Under the pieces are notes generated by a model. That model saw only the letters and a list, made by a program, of their open reading frames with translations. It made no database searches and was not told the origin of the DNA. DNA of 61,557 nucleotides, filler included, from Choristocarpus tenellus KU-1152 (lineage: Eukaryota; Protista; Phaeophyceae): assembly GCA_964200185.2 (NCBI GenBank). It is 13 parts of 13 records of this genome, joined end to end, with 100 filler letters (N's around TTAATTAATTAA, not from the genome) between each part and the next. Parts side by side here need not be neighbours in the genome. Positions count along the whole stretch, not along the records: positions 36,673 to 39,382 come from CAXNAD020025423.1; positions 39,483 to 42,268 come from CAXNAD020024775.1; positions 42,369 to 53,821 come from CAXNAD020002310.1; 10 more parts are not named here. One strand, 5' to 3'. Below are positions 36,756 through 48,700 of this stretch, in pieces (the stretch's first letter is position 1; each line of letters starts with the position of its first letter). Made by a program: the position numbers and the translations under genes.

Positions 36756-39485
36756 TGTACCTCTTTCTCTACCTCGGATATGAGATTGCGATTGAGTTTG
36801 GTGGAAAGTCGAGGATGATGGGTTGGAGGCGTGTGGCTTCAAATAAGTGTTGTATGTTGACAGCCGCAAGTGTTGCCATACTTTATCGTACGGTAAAGTA
36901 TGGCAAAACAATGACATGAGGCGTGTGACTTGAAAAAAGTTGGTAAATGGACCGCCGCAACTTTCGCTACACTTTGTCGTAGGACAAAGCAACAGAAGGA
37001 ATGATTGACTCCCTCCCTCAGCATCTAGAAGGCATGGAATCGAAGCAAAATTATCTCAGAGAAACCCCTATCCCTTCACCAATTCATATTCAAGGTTTGA
37101 TATGTCAATTGTATAGAGCTCTAGGCATTCATACTGCCGGATATTGGAGGACATGAACTTCGTCGTTAGATTTCGTTCTGCTCTTGATGGGAGATTGTGT
37201 GCGTCACCCGTTCAGATCTACGGTGGAACTGGTGAACACCACGCCTCTCTGATTTCGATGCAAATGTGTGATTTCGGAAGGATATGGTGACCATATTCTT
37301 CGCTATGCCTAGTCTTCAAGCGCTAATCCCTCTTTCAGGTAATTACAGAACGCACAGGCTACATTGGAGTATGTTTTGCTGCGATGGAGGCCTGGTCTTG
37401 CCTTTGGGACGTCCTGTGGTCTCCTCCTCCGGAGTCCATGAGTTCATTCCCGTTGTTAGCCAGATCCCCTAGTGGCTGACCGGTCGTCATCGTACATCTG
37501 CGGTGCGATGGGTGTTGTCCTCTCGAAGAACTGCGACAACGATTCCTCTATATTGTCCAGGCCCGTTGGTTTGATGTCGAAAGAGTGAGGGGGTGTGGGA
37601 TTTGTCGCATATGTGGTTTGGCGAAAGTTTTTTTGTTTTGCACTATAATATAATTCAACAAAACCGCAAATATATGAAAAAAAAAATGCAAACTATTCAT
37701 ATTTATGTCTCTATTTATTCTACTAGTTCAACGCCGTCGTAGACATAGATAGAAATTTCAATACATCTGTGAAGAGAGCAAAATACGTCTTATTATATCT
37801 CCTTTTTGATTCCCGAGGAAAAGGAACACCCCAACTAGCCTATTCATAACCACAATATATATACTACTATTTAATAGGGGTACAACATTCAGTAAAGGCG
37901 GTTCTTTTATTGATCATCGTGAAATTGTTAACAACCGAAAAAAAAAGTTGAAAAGACTATACTTTCTTGGTGAAGAGAGGATAGGTGCGTATCCAGTCCA
38001 TGAGAATCGGGCTCGTCTGTGGCTATCCCTGTGCGCTGTACGTAACGCTAAACACCGGCATGTCGGAAGGTAAAAAGACGACAGGACTTCCTCTTAATGA
38101 AAGGTGATCAGGTGCGTACGGCTCGAGGATGATGTGAACCGACCACGACATGGCATCCTATCTGGGCCTGACTCGATGCGCAAAACATTTTCTCTCTCTC
38201 TCCTTCTGTTTGTTTATCCTGTCCCATATTTCCAATGTGCCCACCCGATGCAGACATCCCGCGATCAACTGAGAGGCTTAGTCCAACCACCGAACGCCGC
38301 CATGCTTCCAAAGGGAACCAGAAGGTGAGTCCCCATAAAAGAAAAGTTCACAACATACACTGGAGCGTTTCTGAATGACCAATACCGCAAACACACCATC
38401 ATATTTAGCGCCTTTGGCGGATGTTGCGGCTTTCGTCCGTTCACGTACATGAATAGCATATGGCTGACATGATGGTGTAGCCAAGCGGTTGTATGACCCC
38501 CTAGTCACGGCTCCTAACCCAAACATTGTCGAATAGTGTGCCGAACTGAATGCGCCCATCTGGGGTTGAGCCTTCCTCGTCTATTGGCCGTTCGCGATGT
38601 GTAACGTATCCCGCCAATTCCTTTGTACACGTTCCTCTCGATACTAAGTTCCAACATGCCATGTATTCGGCTTTTGCCAACGCACAAACATGCCCCTTCC
38701 ATTAGGAATGATCTCGCTATTGCTTTCTTAATGTATAGCACAAATCCGGGTTAGGTCCAGATGACGTCGCTGTTCACCACTGCACAAATTACCTTGGGAG
38801 GTAATGGTATTTCTCATTAGTGAAGATAAGAGGGTGTGAAGCCTCACACGACCCCTTTGCTGAATGTGAAAAAGAATGGATGGTTGAAATTATCAGAGTG
38901 ACCTTTGTGGGGTCTCTTCTCATTGCTTGTTTTATTATTATTTGTGCTTCCTACCTAAGTCCACAATTGAATCAAAGTAGTTGAATGCATAATAATAACC
39001 AATACATAATCCCATACATAATCCGGATGTACTATCTCATTAGTTACATCACGTGGACTCAATTCAACACACAATAATCTCATATACACAAAATGAGATC
39101 CACCTCACTATTATCCTATTTTGCACACTCCCCCATGAGAGTGCAGGCAATGAAGAGTTGCTGGAACTCTCAAACCAAAAACATCTTACTGTGCATGTTA
39201 AGTTGTCTTTGACGATCTGTTGTCCCACATAACTAGTTATATTATTGTTTATTAACTTGTACCACAGTTGAGAAGAGAGTGAGATACCTTCACTAGGTGG
39301 GGCTCACCAGTCCTTACACTTAATGACTCAGAATACCAAATGACTCAACGTATCTCTAGTACACGTCAGAAACACTCCGACTNNNNNNNNNNNNNNNNNN
39401 NNNNNNNNNNNNNNNNNNNNNNNNNNTTAATTAATTAANNNNNNNNNNNNNNNNNNNNNNNNNNNNNNNNNNNNNNNNNNNNCTT

Positions 39486-42268
39486 TCACTTGCCGTCCTT
39501 GTAGGCTTGGCCGAAGGACGTGTCCATCTTCTCTTTCACCTCGTCCTTTGACGCCGCATTGGACACGAACACCTCCACCCTCCTGCTCCGTTCAAGGGCC
39601 GCCTCCACCACATTGTGCCTCTCTGCGCTGTAGGAGACGACGGTGTCCCCAGCATTCGTGTACTTATCATAGGAGGGCAATTCGTCAATTATCCCTATGG
39701 AGTATATTGTATTGCGCACGGATTCATCATGTCGCAATGTATTAGTAACGTTCCGATACAGGGCAACACACAGTTGGTGCGTTTTGATGCTTAACATACC
39801 GATTCAGGAAACAAACTCGTGGGATGGATTGACGCCCCTGAACCGTCACCCAGCTCGTTCTGTTACTGTTTAACGATGTCCTACACCTATACAAAAAAAA
39901 CGCTGCTTCTGTGAAGAAGGATGTGCGTGACGTTATTAACGAACCTGTTAACGAGGAAGTGGACGGCCCTCATGGGGATGTCCGAGGCAGCACCTTTGTA
40001 TTCGACGTCCAACATGGTTTGGAGTACCGGAGAAGATGCATCACGCCCGTGGCCAAAGATGTCATCGACGGTGACTCGCTTATTGCATGTGAATGTTGTC
40101 CCATCGTTGTGCGCAAGAAGAATCATGTCCTGACGACATCTGAGATGGTTATTTGTGCCTAATTGAGGGCGCCTCCCCCCCCTCGTCTTGTATATTAGGG
40201 TTAGGGGATGATCCTCCACAATCAAGCCCACCTTCGACGCAGTAAGAGCCTCTGAATCAAGAGAAGGCGGGAGCGAGCGCGTGGGTCCGGCATGCGTCAA
40301 ACTTGACAGTGACATCACACAAGTAGTTATCGTAGGGATTCATGAAATCTCATACCACTAACATTATAATAGTACAATGAGTGTGGAACGCAAGGCAAAT
40401 AACCAATGCAAAAAATGCAAACAATAGGAGATTAAGTAATAATAGAAGTAAATATGGCAAAAAAGTGTAGTGAAGACGAGTAACGTCAGCATGCGATTCG
40501 CGGACAATGAAACAAAGAAGTATGTAGTTGCCGGGGGGAAAGAGCAAGCGACACAAAAGGAAGTAGAAGGTACGAAGGACATGAAACAACATGGGGAACG
40601 TGAAAAATATAGGAATACACACGACCTAATCCGCATCTCCTGAATGATCGCACAGTATTCGATCGACACAAGGACGGAATGATAACGGCCATGGTGGATT
40701 GCAATAGTCTCCCGCAATATACCCCGTATTTCAGCGCTGGTACACTCTGCACCTCACCATGTAGGCGGTGTGCTTGCGCGGCCCACGGGTGGGGCACAAA
40801 TAGCGCGATGGTGCCCTGAGGATGCATCTTAGGCCGCAAGCACTGAAGCATCTCGCGCAGGTGTGTGTTGGTCGCCTCTTCGTCGATGAGGAGTCTTGGC
40901 TCGACGGCAATGGACACTATCACGAGCTTTGGCGAGTTGTGGAAGGCGAAATCACCAAGTTTGTCTACGGATATCGTGGGGTCAAGAGGGCGAAGGTCGT
41001 GTAGTGCAGTGTTCTCACTCCTGGTTGGACATCATGACACATGACACAGTAGAAAGACAGCCCGACAAGAAGGGCGGCATAGTCAGCTACGGTGTAGGCA
41101 ATCTTTTCATTAAGTGAGTTCCTGACGATATTTCCACGGCATCTCCAAAATGTCAGGCCGTACCCTCCACAATGCCAGACTCATCAGATACATCTCGTGG
41201 AAGGAGGGTAGACTTCAAAACACTAAGTTCCATGACCCATGGAACCCTCCAAAAAAGTGACACATCCAAGGTACAGAGGACGAGCAATCCACATGATGTA
41301 CAAGCAGCCAAGACCTATGTGCAAACCAACGCGAAAACAAACCTGCAGAGACGACTTGTGTGTCTGTATAATGTGCAACCACGCTGAGACCCAAATGCAC
41401 TTCTCCATATCGGCCGTTTCGCTGCGTGAGGGGGGACGTAAAAGGCTTTGCGTCGTGGGTGTCCCGCCCGCGCTCCTTGCGCGAGCCTTACCCTTGCCCT
41501 TGCCCCTGCCCCGACCCGCCGCTTCGTTCCCCACCGATCCAGACCCTTCACTGCCCTCCTGTGCCATGGGGCAATTGATACATGATCGATCCTTGTGCCT
41601 CTCGTCGCCTACAATCTCCACGTATGCACATTCGCCCATATGCGTGATAGAGCACTGTGGGCATGTATACCTGTCACGTGTGTCATCGAACGAGAGCGCT
41701 AAACAGATAGGATAGTATTTTTCGAAATCATTAATTGGGCGCAACAATGCAACGCGGGGATCCACGGTTATGAAGGACCACGAAATTGGCAGTGCAAAAC
41801 AGCACAAAGTAGTACAGGTGATATACAACAGTCGGTGATGTACATGCATTAACACACAAGTGGAAAGTGGCAATAAAGAGATGTGGGGGTAGCGACCGCC
41901 GCGTTGCACACAGAGGGACCCCGCAGCATTCCACCGGTTCAATGGCGTGCGCCGCTGAAAAGATACAACATATCTATCCGTTCGGGGGATTCGATGGAAA
42001 CCAATCTTACGCAATTAATTACACTCCGCCCTACATGTGCACCGTTACAACTACATTACTCACCGAGACGTAGGTGGAGGATTGCATTCAGTACAGCAAA
42101 CGCCCGCGTTCCACCCTCCCTCTTCGTTTTGTTCTTCTTCTGCACCAGGAACACTGCCGACAGAACCCCCTTCGCCCGTATCCTCCCTGTCTGGCAGTCC
42201 GTACCCTCCCTCGTCTTCTTTCTCACGGTCTCCTGATGCCGATTCGTTCTTGCTCTCAACTTCTGCGC
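39486..42268 (-). pseudogene. Intron-containing gene for PHD-like zinc finger + beta-class N6A/N4C DNA methyltransferase-like (N6_N4_Mtase fold) protein; 5' part missing; probably pseudogenised
   Basis: Exons 42268-42064 and 41670-41343 join in phase to give CTEC-x9-CPQC-x3-H-x3-C-x15-CINC. Exons 41020-40758, 40251-39945 and 39663-39486 join in phase to give a ~250-aa MTase-like domain (...LRPKMHPQGTIALFV...DIPMRAVHFLVNRYTNAGDTVVSYSAERHNVVEAALERSRRVEVFV...). The last acceptor is TAA instead of TAG, and the 41343-41020 junction is not phase-matched. Confidence 0.7.
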
Positions 42269-42734
42269 NNNNNNNNNNNNNNNNNNNNNNNNNNNNNNNN
42301 NNNNNNNNNNNNTTAATTAATTAANNNNNNNNNNNNNNNNNNNNNNNNNNNNNNNNNNNNNNNNNNNNTTGTTACTTATTGTTGTTAATTATAGCACAAA
42401 ATGAGAGCGTACGTGAGGGGAAATGTGGGGGGGGGGGCGATGAAACAGGGGGTTCAATAGCAATTTCCAGGACAACACTGGCAGCCATTTACTCTCTAAT
42501 GCTCATCATCTGGAAAATGCCCTTATTGTGTAAGGAACATAGTGCGAAAAGCTTAGTTATATTGTGTGGTCGGTACCTTTCTAAGTTGTGTAGTATTATG
42601 AAGTAGCGATCTGATGCCTTGCTCGGGCCATTGCTTACTTTCACAAACAGTTTTATCTCCCCTGACCCCCCCTTTTTCTCTTCCTAATGTCCCCTCCTTA
42701 CACCTCTGAAATGGTTTACTGGGTTATTGTGTAG

Positions 42735-45700
42735 GTGGCCTCAGCAAATGCAATGACAGTGTTGTGTGCCGCTGGTCGTTCCTTTGCCGGCATGGACCTC
42801 TCCAAGATAAAGGTGTGACAAAGAAGAAAGAAGCAAGGGAGCATTCAGCTTCTCCTACTTGGTCTATAGCCTTAGCCCTAACCTGAAAAACTACCAATAA
42901 TCAAGAATTTGTACCATAAAGACTCACACCCACAAAGGAGCCTTGATGTCACCCATGGTGCAGCAGATGGTGATTGGTTTTCTTTGCTTCTGATGAAAAC
43001 ATACATCACTGTCCATCTTCCCTTACCCTATTTATCATGTGCTTCCCTGGTAAGGAGTACTCTAGTGTGCTCTGCTCTATTAATGGCGCCCTTTCTTTGA
43101 CCGTCTGATACTCCAAGTACTTCAAATTCTAACGTATACACCACTGTCTCGTTACATTGCCAACTTACCCCTCCCCCCCCTGGAGGTCCCTGGATCCATT
43201 ATGGATGGGGGAATCTTTGACGGCTGCTCCCTGAGTGGTGCAGATATCACGTCATGCTCCCTTCAGGGGGCTAGCCTAGGACGCTGTAACCTGGACGACG
43301 CACGATGTCGTGGATTGTTGACAGGGGCCCTTCCTGTACTTCAGCCAATGGGAGGCGCAGCGATGGGGCTTGCAAAGCTGTCTATGGATGGGTCATTAGC
43401 AGCGATCATTGCTTCTGATGGAACGCTTGTTGTGGTATGTTCGGGTTAGGTTTAGGATTTTGAGCCTAGGTTGGGGTCAACCTTGTCTCTTGATCGTAAT
43501 CTTTGTCCTTGGTGATGTGCTTGTGCCACCTTCCCCCCTGCAGTGCTCAATGTGGCCAGCACAGAAGTAGAATGCAGTAGACTTGAATCTACAGGCTTTT
43601 TGCACACCATTATGGTAGTCAAAGCAGAACACTGAACAGGAGGCACTATCCCTAGTCACATGTGTATAACTATACAAGGTGGTAGGTAATCCTGACCCTA
43701 ACCCTAGTTCAGTATCCCTGTGTAGTTTTGTTGTTGTGCACACCTCTTTCCTGTGCCTCTCCACTTCCTGTAAGTCTTTTCATGCACATGCCATCACGAA
43801 TGACTCTATTACAATATTCTATAGTTTATTCAAGATCTACACATATGTACTCAAGCACGTGTCTGATAATATGTACCTTCAGATCTTGGATGTTGAGACG
43901 GGGAAAGAGGTTTGCTCTTTCGCAGCAGGGAGCCCCTTCCGCAGGCTGTCCATGGGGTTGCTGGAACTCTCTCCAAACGGAGCTTTTGTCGTGGTGGAGA
44001 GCCTGGACCAAGAGGATGACATGCCTCCTGACAAGTATAGCAGCTACAGCAAACACAGACACTTCTTTGGAGGTGAAGGAGACGGTGGGAGTGAGATCGC
44101 CCCAACACCATCTTCAAGGTGTGTGTCTCAATGTGTGTCTGAGATAGGATCCTCCATGCAGCAAGTGTAGATTTGCTCCTTCTTTCAGAGTGACTTTTGC
44201 GTGATATGATGGTGGGTGTTTTTTCTGCTCAATAGGTTGGATGTTTCTCATTGGTGGAATTTTATCTCTTCCTTGAAACTCTGTGACCTATCCTTGAACC
44301 TGCTGGACACTCTCCCTACTCTAGAACTTGAACACAGCACCTTACTCCCCTGCATGATGTTTTTAAGAAACTACACTACAGTATAGTATAGGACTGCCTC
44401 GATTTTGGAGTTGCCTCCATGGTGATACAGTTATGGTATCAGCAGTATGTATTTGTGTCAGTGCACTTAGAATTGTTCCTGTTCCATAACCCCAATCCAT
44501 ATAGTCAGTAGAACCCTCAATCCCTACTCAAGAGTGTACGTCCCCAAATCTTATAACTGCAGTTTAACCCGTTTGTTTTTTCCCGTTCTAGTCAAAACCT
44601 TAGACCTGACCCCAGACCCTCAAGGTTTCTTATGACCCTCAATCCTTACCTTAAAGCCCTAGCGCTGACAACCTTATTAAGGAGGCAGCTATTGTCTAAC
44701 CACTGCTATCAACCCTAACCCCAATCCTAGCCCAAACACTATCCCTGAAACAAGTTTGTATTTTCTTCACTGTAAAAAATCTCATTCTGGTACGGGACAC
44801 TCTGGATTGCTGTAAACATAGGTTCACAGTAGCGCAAAAAGGAGAACCAAGGGGGCGCTATCTGGAGTTGCATCGGGTTTCAGATGGCTTTCTACTGTTT
44901 GAGGCGGTCACCTTACGAGGGTCACCCTCACCAACATTCTCAAGGGATTCTTCGCTTCTCCTCCACCAGCACGTATGGAACTGCTTGGGTGATGGATGGG
45001 GTTCAGTGAAAAGTGATAGGGGATAGGTTTGGGGTTAGGTTTAGGGCTGTTTGGGTTTAAGGTTGGTTTAAGGTGGCGTGTGGTTTAGTGTAGGGGTGAA
45101 CCTGGGGTCAAGCAAAGCCCAAGTCCGGGGTAGAAGTTATTTGTTGGCATAGGTTGGGGTTACAAGTTCGATTTGGCAGGGGATGTGGTTGAAATGTGGT
45201 GTTAACCAGAGCCCAGGGGTGAACTATGTACCTTGGCCTTCTCTTTCAATGTAGAATGAATCGTTACTGGCTCTTGGCAGCCTTCTTTCCACCCCACCCA
45301 TCTCCCTCCAAGGTCCCTGTCCCCATAGAGAGCTCTGCCCTCTCTCATTTGCTCTTGCTTATATATATATTCATATGTGTATATTGAAAACCGTGGCGAC
45401 ATGATTGTGGTTGGATGTATGAAGTGCACTTATTTTTCACTGGTATTGTACTAAAGACCTATCAGCTAATATGTATTGTCTTTGCAATCTAGACCGTTTG
45501 TGTAGCACCCTGTGAGATCCCCCTTCTTCCCTGCCTCCCATCAATTGTTAATTATAAATGTCTACTTTAAGTAATTTTTACTGTGTTTGTAAGATCCGAT
45601 TTTTTAAAAAGTGTGTCTATCCTCTGATCGTGTCTTTATTCTTGGTATACTGATAAATTAGAAAAGAATTGCAACAATTTTTCAACCTACTTAAGTTAAT

Positions 45701-48700
45701 GCCATCACAAAAAGCACCAAAAATATATTCACACCAGGGTGAGAACAGTATTGGGGTGGTCGACTGTGCTAGCGGCGACTCTGCTGACCTTATGGAGTTA
45801 AGTTTTGAGGCTGGCTTCAAGATAGAGGAAGACCTATGGCAGCAATTGGCAGTGAGGGTATCTAGAACTGCAAAACAGGGGGCGGGGGGAGGTGCAGGGA
45901 CTAATGGCAAGCACAACAATCGTGTCAGTTGGGGTAGGGTATCATGTTCCCATCCGCCTAGACCTGCACCCTTATCTAAGACGAGACCGGACACAGTGAA
46001 AAGGGCTGATGTTTTGCGTTTCTGTGCGGCTACTGGTGCAGTTCCTACCCCTGCCAATCGTGTCCGTAATGGAACTGATACAAGGGTTGATTCTAGTGCT
46101 TCAAGTGCTTTTGGGGGGGAGCTGGGGGAAGGGTACCAAGACATGTCATTCCCGCCCATGAGGAGTCTGAGGGTAACTTCTCTGGGGAACAAGGTGGGTG
46201 TGGTATGGTGTGGGTTAGGCTTGGTGGGAGAGGAAGGTGAAGAGGAATAAGATAGGCTTGGTGAGAGGTTCCATGGTCGTTGCATCGAATTGCACTAGTA
46301 GTGGACTGGTGAGTGGTGACCAGATTAATTATAGGAACAGTAGTAATGAAACTTTAATACTTAGTATTAGTAGAAAGAGGGCGTAATAGTGGTAATTGAG
46401 TGGAATGTGTATGGGAAATGGCAGTGCATAGGCATCGTGCGGTAATGACTAGATGCGACCTACACCAGCTATTCTGTTGATGGATAGTGTTGCTTTTGTA
46501 ACTTGTCCATTACAACCCGAATTTTTTCCTTTTGTTTTTCTCCTTCATCTTGACACCTATATCTGTTGGTCTGTATCAATAATATCTGTCTGTGACAAAA
46601 AGGCATCCGTCTGAACCGTGATATATATGGACAGAAACATGGTACTTTGTGTTGACCTTGGTCCCTGTGTAGCAAGTGTGCTGGTCATTCTGAAGCGATA
46701 ACTACTAATGCGTTGCGGCAGTGACGTGATGTATACATACCTGATTTGTTTCGAATAGAAGAATAGAAATAGCAATGGGGTTTAGGTTGACTTTAGGGCT
46801 ATTTGTTGTTGTGAAGACTTCAATTTATTTTTTTATGATATCAAGTTAGGGTTAAGGTTATGTTGACTTGGCTTGCGTTTTGTTGCAGAATCACAAGCAG
46901 TCACAGCAATGGCATGATTGTATTAGAAAGACCTAACTCTGCCACTGGTTTGTGGTTTGCTTGGATTGTGTGTGTGTGTGTGTGTGTGTGTATGTTGATC
47001 TTGAAAATACTAGGTTCAGGTAGGAGTGGGTGGGGATGAACCTGTCATTCTGGAGTATCCTCTCTTGGAGTTGCAGGGGGCGATGAGGGTGGGTCATGAA
47101 GCGTTGAGGTGAGACGTGGCTACATATATTTTTTTCTTTAGTGGATTATTGTTTTATGATTTTTGTTATGAATATCTCTTTTGAAGTACATAATGTTTTT
47201 TTTATTATGGATTATTGTTTTATGATTTTTGTTATGAATATCTCTTTTGAAGTACATAATGTTTTTTTTATTATGGTTTAAAGATTTTCTCTGTGGCAAT
47301 GTGTGTCTTCATATATCCATCTATCACACTCTTTCGATCCACTGCATTGGAATGCATTCTGCAATGCTGGTACTAGTTCTAATGTAGTATTACTATAATG
47401 TAAGGGTGCACTCTGCAGCACTAGCACTATTACCAAAGAGGTACCACTGTACTGTCAGAGTGCCCTCTTCAGCATTCAGTACCTAACCCAATTTCAGCCC
47501 TACGACCTGCCATCTCCCTATCACTGTCTTCCAGGAGACATACCGTTGTGAAATGTACCACTGATGCTGGCCACCTCTAGGCAGTTCTCAGATTCTGCAC
47601 TATGGCTTTGGTATGTGTTACATTCATGTCTGTCCCTTCAAAGTACAATGTAGAACCTGACCTTAGAGTTAATCACTTCCCTATCACTCTTCCTCAGTTC
47701 ATAATGCCATTAATGTATATTTTTGAATAACACCATTAATATGTTTGAAGGGGACACACTGTTGTGGAAGCTCCAGCACGTGCTGGAGGACTCTACGCTG
47801 TCCTTGGTCCTGGTGACATGGTGCAGATCCGGTCCAAGAAAGAACCAGACCAGCAGCCATTTAAGGAGTTGAAATCGGACTTCCTCACCAAGAACAACTG
47901 CATCAGAACCGGTGATAGTGGTGCTGCCACCAAGGGTGGTAAGAAGCACCATCGTCGTGGTAGCGACTCTGGGAGCAGTGGAAGCTTTATGAAGGCAGGG
48001 AAATGGAAGGGTGATACTCTTGACAGAGAACTTTTTCGATTGTGCACAGGGACGGCAGATAAGGTGATGATACAAGAGTAAAAATAACAAAAACTAATAG
48101 TTAGAGGGATGGGAAAGAGAGCTAGCTAGCAGTTATGTCGTTAGGTGGGACTGTTTGATAGAGTGTCTGCGACAATTTACTTGAAATGTTTGTTTTTTTG
48201 TTTTGTAAAATCTGTTGTTACTGAACACACAAGCCAGTGATTAGCTTCAGCAGCTTCAGAACACAATAAGACCACCAAGATACTCCATACTACTTTTATG
48301 TTCCTGAAGAAGGCAATGATGTTGTTGTTCTCCACTGCCTTTTCAATAACACTGAAATCTTTTCCCCTACATCCTAACCTAAACTCAAGGGATCCGTATG
48401 TATTCTACTCAATAGCATTCTACAGCATGATGATTAATCAGTCTTGCCCTGGTCCTGACTCCGATGCTACCAGCAAGACTGAATCATCAGCCTTGCCCTA
48501 ACCCTGAAGTGGACAGTGGATAGTTCCAAGAATTTTCGTCGCCTGTTCATCTGTCTTCCTTGACTACCATTGCTCATTTTTGGTTTGGTTTGGGTTGAGT
48601 GTTCAGGTGCAAGAGCTGGCTTTTGCCCCGACGGGAGAGTACTTCTTGGTTTTAGACCCTGGAAGGCATTCTGTAGCTCTCTGGTCTGTCCGTCCAACAG

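Noticed and set aside
37150-38800. Short ORFs in contig 36673-39382
   Set aside because: Relatively CpG-rich and possibly a decayed gene, but no domain or phase-consistent exon chain could be identified.
40364-40717. GILRETIAIHHGRYH...EYCAIIQ as part of the MTase domain
   Set aside because: It needs a frameshift. The GT donor at 40757 joins in phase to exon 40251, which supplies the equivalent strands, so this segment is treated as intron.
41223-42014. 263-aa ORF as a single-exon protein with YPIC as first zinc ligands
   Set aside because: Splicing 42064 to 41670 supplies a proper CxxC, so the ORF ends are read-through into introns.
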